From contig OZ245838.1 in NCBI GenBank assembly GCA_965228735.1, positions 2,048,001-2,112,000 of the forward strand: a stretch of DNA of 64,000 nt, in the 5' to 3' direction. The position numbers and the translations under genes are program-made. Positions within the stretch are counted from its first letter, which is position 1. Every line of letters begins with the position of its first letter. The stretch comes from Planctomycetota bacterium (GTDB lineage Bacteria; Planctomycetota; UBA1135; UBA2386). Below the pieces are notes generated by a model that was given only the letters and a program-made list of their open reading frames with translations, was not told the origin of the DNA and did not search any database. Positions 31,874 to 41,243 of this stretch are shown here, in pieces.

Positions 31874-32617
31874 CTACGCGCCGAGCTCGTCCGTCAGGCC
31901 GTTCGCCGCGGCCTCGTCGAGCAGGACGAGCACGTCGTTGTGCTGCCGGATCGCGGACGCCGGGCACGCCGGGCCGATGTCCCCGTGCAGCATCGCGCGC
32001 ACGGCGTCGGCCTTGGCCGCCCCGAACGCGCAGAGCACGAGCCGTCTCGCCGCGAGGATCGTCCCGACGCCGGAGGTGATCGCGCGGCGCGGCGGTTCGT
32101 TCGGCGCGAACCGCGCGAGCGCGTCGCGCCGGGTCGCCTCGGCCAGATCGGTCGCGTGGAAACCGCTGTCCAGCGGCGTGCCCGGCTCGTTGAACGCGAT
32201 GTGGCCGTTACGCCCGATCCCGAGCAGCTGCAGCTCCACGCCGCCGTGCTGCGCGAGCGTCGCCGCGTGCGCGTCGAGCGCGGCCTGGTCCTCGACGTGC
32301 GGGACGGGAACGAACGAACCCGCCGCCAGCATGTCCGCGAGCGGCGGGCAATGCGACACGAGCTCGTGCACCATGCCACCCGCGCGCTCCGGCCCGAAGC
32401 CGACGTACTCGTCGAGGTGCGTCGCGACGAACTCGCCGCCGAGGCCGGCCCCGGCGAGCTCGCGCGCCAGCGCCTGCAGCATCGCGCTGAACGTGCCGCC
32501 CGTCGCGAACGAGATCAACGGCCGCGGCCCGCGCGCCACTGCACGGCGCAACTCGTCGAGCAGCAGCGGCACGGCATCGCTTGCCGAAGCGAGGATCCGG
32601 GTCTGGGGCTTGGTCAC
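31874..32617 (-). CDS. nagB: Glucosamine-6-phosphate deaminase
   Basis: ATGGT, LDEYVG, LLGIGRNGHIAFNEPG and AITSGVGTIL motifs. GTG start inferred. Confidence 0.88.
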   Translation of the reverse strand: MTKPQTRILASASDAVPLLLDELRRAVARGPRPLISFATGGTFSAMLQALARELAGAGLGGEFVATHLDEYVGFGPERAGGMVHELVSHCPPLADMLAAGSFVPVPHVEDQAALDAHAATLAQHGGVELQLLGIGRNGHIAFNEPGTPLDSGFHATDLAEATRRDALARFAPNEPPRRAITSGVGTILAARRLVLCAFGAAKADAVRAMLHGDIGPACPASAIRQHNDVLVLLDEAAANGLTDELGA

Positions 32618-32788
32618 GGCCGGCAGACTGTGCAACAACCGCGGTTCGGCGGCAAGCCTCGAGGGTGGCGGTACCGAACCCGCTTCGAATCCGCCACGCG
32701 CCACGATCGAGCCTCCGCCCCGTGCCACGGCCGATTACGTGTCGTCTGCGATTCGCGCAACCGCGATCCGAACATCACGCAGCCGCGC

Positions 32789-34018
32789 TCAGACCTTCCA
32801 CACGATCCGGAACCGGAAGAGCACGAGCAGGACGACGAACCAGCCGAGCACCCAGGTCAGCGCGAACGCGAGCGACGCGTCCTGCGGTTCGAACTGCGGC
32901 ACGAAGACGCTCTCGTAGACCCAGTTCTTGAGCGTCATCGTCTTTGTCAGCGCCGGTGCTCCGACTTCGACCTCGACCGTGATCAGCCGCCCAACGATCT
33001 GCCCGAGCAAGCTGCTGCCGACGAACACGAGCAACGCGTTGACGCCGTAGACCTGCAGCGGCACGAGCAGCGGCCGGCCGATTCGGAACGCGGCGACGAA
33101 CTGGAACACCGCGAGCGCGACCATCGCGATCCCGGCCGTCCAGACCGCGTAGCTGCTCGTCCAGAGCGGCTTGTTGAACGGCAGCCCGAACGACCACGCG
33201 TAGCCGACGACGAGCAACACGGCACCGATGCCGAGCAGCCGCTTCGTCGCCGCCGCCGGGTCGGCCTTCAGGATGCGACCGGCCTCGAGTCCGAACAGGC
33301 AGGTGGCGAGCGCGGGGATCGTGCTCAGCAAGCCCTCGGGGTCGTAGGTCGTCTTCCAGATGTGCGTGCCGAACACCGCGCGGTCGACGTAGCCCTGCAG
33401 TGTCGACGCGGGACCGTCGATGTCGGGCGGGCCGACGCCCGGCACCGGTACGAGCGTGATGAGCGGCCAGTAGAGCAGCAGGCAACCGACGAGGACGGCG
33501 CGATGGGTCCGCACCCCGGTGTAGAGGAACAGCAGCGCCGCGATGCCGTAACACACGCCGATCCGCTGCAGCACGCCAGGGAAGCGCGTCGTGAGGAGCG
33601 GCTCGAACCATTCCGCCACGCCGGCATTCTCCGGGACGCTGAACGTCACGAACGGAAAAGCCGACAGCATCATCCCGAGCAGGACGAGCACGACGACACG
33701 ACGCACGATCTTCCACGCGAGCTGCGACCGTGGCACATCGCGCCCGAGCTGCTTGCCGAGCGCGGGCGCGATGGCGACCCCGGCGACGAACAGAAACGTC
33801 GGGAAGACGAGATCAGTGAACGTGCAGCCGTGCCAGTCCGCGTGGCGCAACGGTCCGTACTGGGTCTCAGGTCCCCACCGCCCCGGGTTGTTCACGAGGA
33901 TCATCGCGGCGATCGTCAGACCGCGCAGCGCGTCGAGTCCGAGCCAGCGCCCCGGCCGTCCAGCGGCCTGCGGGCCAGCTGCCGGCGAATCCGCGGCCGG
34001 CGATGCATCCGAACTCAC
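32789..34018 (-). CDS. HGSNAT/NagX-like multi-TM acyltransferase
   Basis: LDALRGLTI, MILVNNPG, LRHADWHG, DLVFPTFLF, GVLQRI, DPEGLL and NKPLWTSSY motifs. GTGA overlap with the murQ stop. Confidence 0.85.
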   Translation of the reverse strand: MSSDASPAADSPAAGPQAAGRPGRWLGLDALRGLTIAAMILVNNPGRWGPETQYGPLRHADWHGCTFTDLVFPTFLFVAGVAIAPALGKQLGRDVPRSQLAWKIVRRVVVLVLLGMMLSAFPFVTFSVPENAGVAEWFEPLLTTRFPGVLQRIGVCYGIAALLFLYTGVRTHRAVLVGCLLLYWPLITLVPVPGVGPPDIDGPASTLQGYVDRAVFGTHIWKTTYDPEGLLSTIPALATCLFGLEAGRILKADPAAATKRLLGIGAVLLVVGYAWSFGLPFNKPLWTSSYAVWTAGIAMVALAVFQFVAAFRIGRPLLVPLQVYGVNALLVFVGSSLLGQIVGRLITVEVEVGAPALTKTMTLKNWVYESVFVPQFEPQDASLAFALTWVLGWFVVLLVLFRFRIVWKV

Positions 34019-34917
34019 GATTCGAGCGCTTCCCGAACGCTGCCGGTGCAGTGGAACAGCCGCGTGCGAGCCTCGGCCGGCGCGACGCCGCGCACGAGCG
34101 CGACGATCGCCGTCTTGACCTCGCCATCGCAGTCCGCGAGGGCGCTCTCGGCCTCGGCGCGCTCGCGCCCCGTCGCGGTCATCACGATGCGGATGCTGCG
34201 TTCGACGAGCTTCTCGTTGCTCGCCTGCAGATCGACCATGAGGTTGCCATACGTCTTGTTGAGCCGGACGAACGCGCCCGTGCTCAGCATGTTCAGCACC
34301 ATCTTCGTCGCCGTGCCCGCCTTCAGGCGCGTGCTGCCGGTGATGACCTCCGGACCCGTCACCACCTCGATCGGGATCCGGGCCGCCGCGCTCGCCGGAC
34401 TGCCGGCGTTGCACGTGAGTGAGATCGTCGGCGTGCCCTGCTTCTCGGCGTAACGCAGCGCTCCGAGCACGTACGGCGTGCGGCCGCTCGCGGCGATCCC
34501 GACGACGACGTCCTTCTCGCGCAGATCGAGTTTCTCGAGGTCCGCCGCCGCGAGCGCCGGATCGTCCTCCGCGCCTTCGACGGCCGCGAGGAACGCGCTC
34601 GGCCCGCCCGCGATGAGCCCGAGGACGTCGCGTGGCGAGGCCGAGAACGTCGGCGGGCACTCGGCCGCGTCGAGCACTCCGAGGCGCCCGGACGTGCCGG
34701 CCCCGACGTAGATCAGCCGCCCACCCTTCCGCATCTGGGTCGCGATCAGGTCGACGGCCTCGGCGATCCGCGGGACGGCCGCGGCGACCGCATCAGTGAC
34801 GCCGCGGTCCTCGTCGTTCATCGCGCGCACCAGATCAACGGTCGTCATCGCGTCGAGCTCGGCCGTCCGCGGATTGCGGGTCTCGGTGGTCAGCGAACTC
34901 AGATCCGGTCGATCCAT
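34015..34917 (-). CDS. murQ: N-acetylmuramic acid 6-phosphate etherase
   Basis: GAGTSGRLGVLDAAECPPTF, EGAED, ASGRTPY, GSTRLKAGTATK and NLMVD motifs. Confidence 0.95.
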   Translation of the reverse strand: MDRPDLSSLTTETRNPRTAELDAMTTVDLVRAMNDEDRGVTDAVAAAVPRIAEAVDLIATQMRKGGRLIYVGAGTSGRLGVLDAAECPPTFSASPRDVLGLIAGGPSAFLAAVEGAEDDPALAAADLEKLDLREKDVVVGIAASGRTPYVLGALRYAEKQGTPTISLTCNAGSPASAAARIPIEVVTGPEVITGSTRLKAGTATKMVLNMLSTGAFVRLNKTYGNLMVDLQASNEKLVERSIRIVMTATGRERAEAESALADCDGEVKTAIVALVRGVAPAEARTRLFHCTGSVREALES

Positions 34918-34933
34918 GACGTTGCGACGATGC

Positions 34934-34939
34934 AGTATA
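34934..34939 (-). promoter_or_regulatory. Putative -10 element (TATACT) for the murQ operon
   Basis: Near-consensus hexamer 16 nt upstream of the murQ ATG in a divergent intergenic region. Confidence 0.5.
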
Positions 34940-35082
34940 GCGCCGCGGCCCGCCGCATCACGGCTGCGGATTCGGGCTTCGGACAAGTTCACGGTAACGG
35001 GCGGATCACCCGGGGATAGTCCCTTGTACGCCCGGACGCGCACATCGCCGCCGGACATCGACGTTCATTCGAGGACCCCCGA

Positions 35083-36063
35083 ATGCTGCCCAGACACCCG
35101 CTCGCTCCCGTTCTTCTCGGTCTCGCCACCGTTCTCCTCGGCAATGACTGCGCCGCGCAGACCGCGCCGTGTCTCGCGGCGAACGCGGCGACGACCAGCG
35201 TCGGCACCGCGACCTCGGCGTTCAGCTTCAGCGGCCAGAACTACTTCGCCTGGCGCTTCACGCCGCCGAGCGCGACCACGATCCACGCCGCGCGGGTCTA
35301 CACGGAGAACGTCGGCTACCCGGGTGACGTCTTCTGTGCCGTCGAGATCTGGGACGAGCAGAACGGCGGCCCCGGCGCGCGCCTCGGCGGCGGCGCGTGG
35401 AAGATCGACAACAACCGCCCGCTCGGCTGGCACGGCGCCAACTTCGACACCCCGGTCGCGCTGCAGCCGGCGACACCGACGTGGTTCGTCTTCGTCGACC
35501 CGGCCTACAGCGTGGTGCCGATCGATCCGAACGGGTCGCTCGTGCTGCAGCACGTGAGTCGCAGCGGCCCCGGCGCCTGGCTCTCCCAGGGCACGAACGC
35601 GCCGAAGTTCCAGCTCTTCTGCAGCCTGCTCGACGACGTCAACGTCGCTCCCAACGGCCAGGGCTGTCCGCTGTCGACGGGCGAGACGCCGACGCTCTAC
35701 TGCAACGAGGCCCCGACGCTCGGCAACTCGGCGTTCCGCTGGGAGAGCTGCGGCCTGCCGTCCGGCGGCGCGGTGTTCGCCGTGATCGGCAACGACCCGT
35801 CGTTCGCGCCGATCCCCGTGCCGGGCCTGCCGGCCGGTTGCCTGCAGAACACCAACGCGCTCGCGTCGGTGCTGCTGTTCGCCGGCACGGGCGACACGCG
35901 CGGCCCGAGCTTCGACGGCTACACGAGCATCGGTTTCGCGATCCCGAATAACCCGAGCCTCGGCGGTGCCCGCCTGTCGATGCAGATGGTGCCGATCGAC
36001 ACCGGCGCGACGTCGCAACTGCCGTTCTCGACGAGCAACGCGCTCGGGATCACGCTCTACTGA
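35083..36063 (+). CDS. Secreted beta-rich protein with conserved C-terminal tail domain
   Basis: SD GAGGA; signal CAA|Q. Ends ...SMQMVPID...STSNALGITLY. Confidence 0.78.
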   Translation: MLPRHPLAPVLLGLATVLLGNDCAAQTAPCLAANAATTSVGTATSAFSFSGQNYFAWRFTPPSATTIHAARVYTENVGYPGDVFCAVEIWDEQNGGPGARLGGGAWKIDNNRPLGWHGANFDTPVALQPATPTWFVFVDPAYSVVPIDPNGSLVLQHVSRSGPGAWLSQGTNAPKFQLFCSLLDDVNVAPNGQGCPLSTGETPTLYCNEAPTLGNSAFRWESCGLPSGGAVFAVIGNDPSFAPIPVPGLPAGCLQNTNALASVLLFAGTGDTRGPSFDGYTSIGFAIPNNPSLGGARLSMQMVPIDTGATSQLPFSTSNALGITLY

Positions 36064-36095
36064 ATCGCGGGATCGCGCTCCAGGGGGCCGCGGAC

Positions 36096-37274
36096 TCAGC
36101 GCTGCCGCAGTTGGGCGATGAGTCGCTGCAGCTCGAAGCGCGCGTTCTCGTCGAGCCCGGGCCGGGCCGCGTAACCCTCGAGTCCGGGCACGTGCGCGGC
36201 GGTGCCGTACTGGCCGAGTCGGCGCAGGCAGCGCTCCCGCCACTGCGCGCCGCTGCGGGTCTCGAGCAACCGCAGGTAGGCGTCGGCGACGACCGCACGA
36301 TCCGCGGCGTCGACGCCGTAGCCGAGTCCCCAGTCCGCCCGACCGGCGACCTCGAAGTTCGGGTCCGTGAGTGCTGAGACGAGCGCGGCGACGACCGCGC
36401 TCGACTTCTGTTGAAACGTGCTGAGGCCGAAGTAGATCGCGTCGTGGCGCCGCTCCCGGTCGGCCGTCATCGCGATCAGGCGCTCGACGATGCGTTCGTC
36501 GGGCCTGGCGCCCCACAGCCCGTTCAGCGTCATGCGTCGAACGTCCTCGTCCGCATCGCCGAGCAGACGCAGGACGGCGTCGGCCGCCGCGCCCTCGAGC
36601 CGGTTGTCGCTGAGTCGCATCAGCTGATGCGTTAGCCCGGAGCGCACCTCGGGACTGTCGTCCGCTACGAACCCCAACACGAGTTCGAGGTCCCCCGGCA
36701 GGGTCCCGGTCACACCGAGCGCCGTGAGCGCCCGCGCCCGCACGGCCGCGTCCTCCGAGCGCAGCGCGTCGAGCACGTAGCCGCGGAAGCGGGCCTTGTC
36801 GAAGTCGAGCTCGCGCAGCCGGGCGAACGCCGCAAGCGCTGCGGCGACCATCGTCGGATCGCCGGAACGGAGCGCGGCCTCGAGGCTGTTGAGCGCGGCG
36901 GCTCGCAGCCCCGGGTCCGCCGTCTGCAGCGCGTCCTGCACCCAACCGTCGTAGAGCTTTCTCATCCGCTGCATCCGAGCCCGTTGCTCGGCCGCGGCCG
37001 CGCGTTGCGCCGCCTCGACAGCAGCAGCATCATCGCCGCCGGCAAGTGTGGCAGTGTCGGCCGACCGACGCTGCCGCGCCGCCGCGACCGCGCTCTCGTG
37101 CTCGGCGATCGCGGCCCGCGCCACGCACAGTTCGTCTTCGAGCTCGGCGATGCGCATCGCCAGGGCGTCATCGATGTCCGGCGCGGGAACCGCCGTCGTC
37201 CCGCTGCCGAGCAGCCAGGCGAGGTTGCTGCCGACGAGCGCGACGATCAGCACGAGTACCCATACGCTCCGCAT
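36096..37274 (-). CDS. Membrane-anchored coiled-coil + HEAT-repeat protein
   Basis: N-terminal hydrophobic segment, coiled coil, then D...VR..A..AL repeats. TACGAT lies 7 nt before the ATG. Confidence 0.75.
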   Translation of the reverse strand: MRSVWVLVLIVALVGSNLAWLLGSGTTAVPAPDIDDALAMRIAELEDELCVARAAIAEHESAVAAARQRRSADTATLAGGDDAAAVEAAQRAAAAEQRARMQRMRKLYDGWVQDALQTADPGLRAAALNSLEAALRSGDPTMVAAALAAFARLRELDFDKARFRGYVLDALRSEDAAVRARALTALGVTGTLPGDLELVLGFVADDSPEVRSGLTHQLMRLSDNRLEGAAADAVLRLLGDADEDVRRMTLNGLWGARPDERIVERLIAMTADRERRHDAIYFGLSTFQQKSSAVVAALVSALTDPNFEVAGRADWGLGYGVDAADRAVVADAYLRLLETRSGAQWRERCLRRLGQYGTAAHVPGLEGYAARPGLDENARFELQRLIAQLRQR

Positions 37275-37347
37275 GGCCGGCATCGTAGCGGATCCCGCTT
37301 CCCGCTGTTCCACGCGCCGCGCCGACCTTACCGTCCCGGGCCGCGCC

Positions 37348-38823
37348 ATGACCATCGGCCCCATCGACCTCGCGATCCTCGTCGTCTACGTCCTGCTGAC
37401 GATCGCGTTCGGGATCTGGATCAGCCGGGGCCAGAAGAACGCGGCCGATTACCTGCTCGGCGGCCGGTCGTTGCCGTGGTGGGCGCTGCTGATCTCGATC
37501 GTCGCGACGGAGACGAGCACGGCGACGTTCCTCAGCGTGCCGGGCGTCGCCTTCAACAGCGGCAACATGCTCTTCCTGCAGCTGCCGCTCGGCTACATCA
37601 TCGGCCGGGCGATCGCGACGAGCCTGCTGCTGCCGCTCTACTTCAAGGGCGAGCTGTTCACGGCATACGAGGTGCTGCGGGTGCGCAGCGGTCCGGCCGT
37701 GCGGACGATCGCGAGCGCGCTGTTCCTGGTCACCCGCACGCTCGCCGACGGTCTGCGCCTGTTCCTCGCGGCGCTCGTGCTCGAGATCATGCTCGGCTGC
37801 GAGACCTGGGTCGCGGTCACCGCGGTCGGCACCGCGACCGTCGTCTACACGGTGCTCGGCGGCATCAAGGCGGTCGTGTGGACGGACGTGATCCAGTTCA
37901 TCGTCTACATGCTCGGCGCGGTTGCGGCGCTGGTCGTGCTCGCGGGCCGGATCGAGGGTGGCCTCGGCGCGCCGCTCGCCGAACTCGAGATCGCTGACTT
38001 CGTCGATCTCGGGTTCGACCTGAGCTCGACCTACACGCTGTGGGCCGGCCTCATCGGCGGCGCGGTGCTGTCGATCGGCAGCCACGGCGTCGACCAGCTC
38101 ATCGTGCAGCGCTACCTGTCGGCCAAGAGCCTCGGTGACGCGCAGAAGGCGCTGTTCTGGAGCGGCCCCGTCGTGCTGCTCCAGTTCCTCGTCTTCCTCG
38201 TCCTCGGTCTCGGCTTCGCGAGGTTCTACGCCGCCAACCCGCCCGCCGAGGCGTTCGGCTCGAACGACGCGGTGTTCGCGCACTTCATCATCAACCACCT
38301 GCCGATCGGCCTCGTCGGCATCGTGCTCGGCGCCGTGTTCTCGGCGGCGATGTCGACCCTGTCGAGTTCGCTCGCCGCGTCGGCCTCCGCGCTGGTGAAC
38401 GACTTCGTCCTGCCGATCACCAAGCACAAGCCCGACGCGCCGTTCGCGCTGCGGGCCTCGCGCATCGCCACCGTGCTCTTCGCGATCCTGCAGATGGCGG
38501 TCGGCATGAGCGACATCGACCCGAAGGCGCCGATCGTCGGCCAGGTTCTCGGCATCGCGACGATCACCACCGGCATCATCCTGGGCCTCTTCGTCCTCGC
38601 GCTGCTGCCGCGGCGATCCCCCGGCGGTTCGCTCGTCGGCCTCGTCGCCGGCATCGGCTCGATCGTCTTCGTGCTGTTCGTCGTCCCCGGGCTAGAACTG
38701 CTCGGCAGCAACGACGCCGGCGCGCCGCGCGGTCTCGCGTGGCCGTGGTTCGGCGTCGTCAGCTGCGGCAGTACCTGTCTCGCCGGCATGCTCGGCAACC
38801 TCGTCTTCCGCCCCCGCTCATGA
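37348..38823 (+). CDS. Sodium:solute symporter (amino-sugar/muropeptide uptake candidate)
   Basis: DYLLGGR, SIVATETS, GGIKAVVWTD, HGVDQLIVQRYL and SAAMSTLSS motifs. Confidence 0.9.
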   Translation: MTIGPIDLAILVVYVLLTIAFGIWISRGQKNAADYLLGGRSLPWWALLISIVATETSTATFLSVPGVAFNSGNMLFLQLPLGYIIGRAIATSLLLPLYFKGELFTAYEVLRVRSGPAVRTIASALFLVTRTLADGLRLFLAALVLEIMLGCETWVAVTAVGTATVVYTVLGGIKAVVWTDVIQFIVYMLGAVAALVVLAGRIEGGLGAPLAELEIADFVDLGFDLSSTYTLWAGLIGGAVLSIGSHGVDQLIVQRYLSAKSLGDAQKALFWSGPVVLLQFLVFLVLGLGFARFYAANPPAEAFGSNDAVFAHFIINHLPIGLVGIVLGAVFSAAMSTLSSSLAASASALVNDFVLPITKHKPDAPFALRASRIATVLFAILQMAVGMSDIDPKAPIVGQVLGIATITTGIILGLFVLALLPRRSPGGSLVGLVAGIGSIVFVLFVVPGLELLGSNDAGAPRGLAWPWFGVVSCGSTCLAGMLGNLVFRPRS

Positions 38824-40001
38824 GACCCGCGCTCGCCATCCTCTTCGCCATCCTCTCCGGCACCGCGACCGCCCAGGTCCGAACGGGCGTCGACGTGCTC
38901 GCCGAAAGCGGCTGCAAAGCCCTGGCCGGCCGCAAGGTCGGACTGATCACCAACCACACGGGCCGCACCGCGGACGGCCGCCGCACGGTCGACGTCCTCG
39001 CCGCCGCGAAGAACGTCGAGCTCGTCGCGCTGTTCTCGCCCGAGCACGGCTGGGACGGCGTCCTCGACGAGAAGGTCGACGACACCCGCGACAGCAAGAC
39101 CGGGCTGCGCGTGTTCTCGCTCTACGGCAAGACCCGGCGCCCGACGGCGGCGATGCTCGCGGGCGTCGACACGATCGTGTTCGACATCCAGGACATCGGC
39201 TGCCGCTTCTACACCTACGTGTCGACGATGCGGAACGCGATGACGGCCGCGGCCGAGCACGGCCTGCGCTTCGTCGTCCTCGATCGCCCCAACCCGATCG
39301 GCGGCCGCGCCACCGCTGGCCCGATCGTCAGCGGCGACCGCCTCGACTTCGTCGCGGCCCACCGCGTGCCGTTGCGCCACGGCATGACCGCGGGGGAACT
39401 CGCGCGCATGATGGCCGGCGAGGACGGCATCGATGTCGATCTGCACGTCGTGAAGTGCGAGGGCTGGCAGCGCGCGGATCTCTACGACCGCACGGGGCTG
39501 CTGTGGATCAACCCGTCGCCCAACATGCGCTGCCTCGCGCAGGCGCTGCTCTATCCCGGCATCGGGCTCATCGAGTTCACCAACGTCTCCGTCGGCCGCG
39601 GCACCGACACGCCGTTCGAGGTCGTCGGCGCGCCGTGGCTCGACGGCAAGAAGCTCGCCGCGACGTTGCGGGACCAGAAGCTGCCGGGCGTGACCTTCGT
39701 CCCCGTGCAGTTCACGCCGACGAGCAGCAAGCACAAGGGTGAGACGTGCTCCGGCATCAACATCGCGATCACCGACTGGCGCACGTTCGAACCCGTGCGC
39801 ACCGGCATCCACCTCGCGTGCGCGCTGCGGCGGGTCAGCCCCGACGACTGGGACACCAAGCGCCTCGATCGCCTGCTGCTGCACGCGGCGAGCACGGCCG
39901 CGATCCGCGCCGGCACGCCCGCCGACGAGATCATCGCCGCGTGGCAGAAGGACCTGAAGCTGTTCAACATCCGCCGCCAGGCGTTCCTGCTCTATGAGTG
40001 A
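38820..40001 (+). CDS. namZ: Exo-beta-N-acetylmuramidase NamZ (DUF1343), secreted
   Basis: Signal ATA|Q. GLITNHTG, SPEHG, DIQDIGCRFYTY, LDRPNP, PSPN and SVGRGT motifs. Confidence 0.9.
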   Translation: MRPALAILFAILSGTATAQVRTGVDVLAESGCKALAGRKVGLITNHTGRTADGRRTVDVLAAAKNVELVALFSPEHGWDGVLDEKVDDTRDSKTGLRVFSLYGKTRRPTAAMLAGVDTIVFDIQDIGCRFYTYVSTMRNAMTAAAEHGLRFVVLDRPNPIGGRATAGPIVSGDRLDFVAAHRVPLRHGMTAGELARMMAGEDGIDVDLHVVKCEGWQRADLYDRTGLLWINPSPNMRCLAQALLYPGIGLIEFTNVSVGRGTDTPFEVVGAPWLDGKKLAATLRDQKLPGVTFVPVQFTPTSSKHKGETCSGINIAITDWRTFEPVRTGIHLACALRRVSPDDWDTKRLDRLLLHAASTAAIRAGTPADEIIAAWQKDLKLFNIRRQAFLLYE

Positions 40002-41163
40002 CGCATCCATCGGGCTCGAGGTCGCGTGTGACTCGCCGCCCGCGATCCTCGCCGGCTGCCGCGCGGCCGGGCTCGTCTGCAACCAGGCCTCCGTCGACCG
40101 CGACTTCCGCCACGCGGCCGATCGCCTCGCGGAACTGCTCGGCGACCGGCTCGCGGCGCTGTTCGGCCCGCAGCACGGGTTGTGGTCGACCGAGCAGGAC
40201 AACATGGTCGAGACGCCGCACGCCCGGCACCCGCGGCTCGGCATCCCCGTGCACAGCCTGTACTCGGAGACCCGGCGGCCGACCGCCGCGATGCTCGACG
40301 GCCTCGATCTGCTCATCGTCGATCTGCAGGACGTCGGCACGCGGGTCTACACCTACGCGTGGACGCTGACGAACTGCATGGCCGCGGCCGCCGAACGTGG
40401 CTTGCCCGTGCTCGTCCTCGATCGCCCCAACCCGCTCGGCTGCGCGATCACCGAGGGCCGCGAGCTCGACATGGCGTTCCGGAGCTTCGTCGGCGGCGCG
40501 CCGATCCCGCTGCGCCACGGCCTGACGCTCGGCGAGCTCGGGCTGCTCGCCAACGACCGGCTCGGCATCGGCGCCGACCTCCACGTCGTCCGGATGGCGG
40601 GCGTGCCGCGCACCGCGTTGTGGCCTGCCACGGGCCGCGCCTGGGTGCCGCCATCGCCCAACCTGCCGCGCTTCGAGGGCGCGCTCGTCTACCCGGGCCA
40701 GGTGCTGCTCGAAGGCACCCGCCTCAGCGAGGGCCGCGGCACGACGACGCCGTTCGAACAGTTCGGAGCGCCGTTCATCGACCCGTTCCGCCTCGTCGAC
40801 GCGCTGCGCGAGCACGACCTGCCGGGCGTCGCGCTGCGCCCGCTGCACTTCGAACCGACGTTCCAGAAGCACAGCGGCCAGCCGTGCGGCGGCCTGTTCC
40901 TGCACGTCACCGATCGCGCGACGTTCCGCTCGGTCCGCACGACCGCGATCGTTCTGCGCTGCATCCGCGAGCTGTGGCCGAACGAGTTCGAGTGGCTGCC
41001 GCCGCCGTACGAGTACGAGACCGAGAAGATGCCGATCGACATCCTCAGCGGCGATTCGGCGCTGCGCGAGTTCGTCGACGGTGCCGGTGGCATGAGTGAT
41101 GTCGACGCCGTGATCGCCGCCCCGGCCGAGGGGCGGACGAGCCCGTCACCGCTCTACGACTGA
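39994..41163 (+). CDS. namZ: NamZ-family (DUF1343) paralog without signal peptide
   Basis: GPQHG, DLQDVGTRVYTY, LDRPNP, PSPN, SEGRGT and PPYEYE motifs. Confidence 0.88.
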   Translation: MSDASIGLEVACDSPPAILAGCRAAGLVCNQASVDRDFRHAADRLAELLGDRLAALFGPQHGLWSTEQDNMVETPHARHPRLGIPVHSLYSETRRPTAAMLDGLDLLIVDLQDVGTRVYTYAWTLTNCMAAAAERGLPVLVLDRPNPLGCAITEGRELDMAFRSFVGGAPIPLRHGLTLGELGLLANDRLGIGADLHVVRMAGVPRTALWPATGRAWVPPSPNLPRFEGALVYPGQVLLEGTRLSEGRGTTTPFEQFGAPFIDPFRLVDALREHDLPGVALRPLHFEPTFQKHSGQPCGGLFLHVTDRATFRSVRTTAIVLRCIRELWPNEFEWLPPPYEYETEKMPIDILSGDSALREFVDGAGGMSDVDAVIAAPAEGRTSPSPLYD

Positions 41164-41188
41164 GCCGCGCCGGTCGACCTGCGGCCGA

Positions 41189-41243
41189 TTCAGCGGCCGC
41201 TCCGTTCAGCGGCCGGCCCGTTCCGCGGCCGACCGGTTCAGCG
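41189..41243. repeat. Imperfect 16-bp tandem repeat (about 3.5 copies) at a convergent gene junction
   Basis: TTCAGCGGCCGCTCCG / TTCAGCGGCCGGCCCG / TTCCGCGGCCGACCGG / TTCAGCG. Confidence 0.55.

Noticed and set aside
32665..32697. TTCGAATCC tRNA T-loop-like sequence within a GTGGCGG/CCGCCAC hairpin upstream of nagB
   Set aside because: No cloverleaf can be folded and no riboswitch consensus is recognisable; at most a local hairpin.
29027..34453. 1808-aa plus-strand ORF
   Set aside because: It is the antisense shadow of GH3, nagB and nagX, which happen to share a frame. TTA/CTA/TCA codons are rare in high-GC genes, and the translation is Arg/Ala-rich with no motifs.
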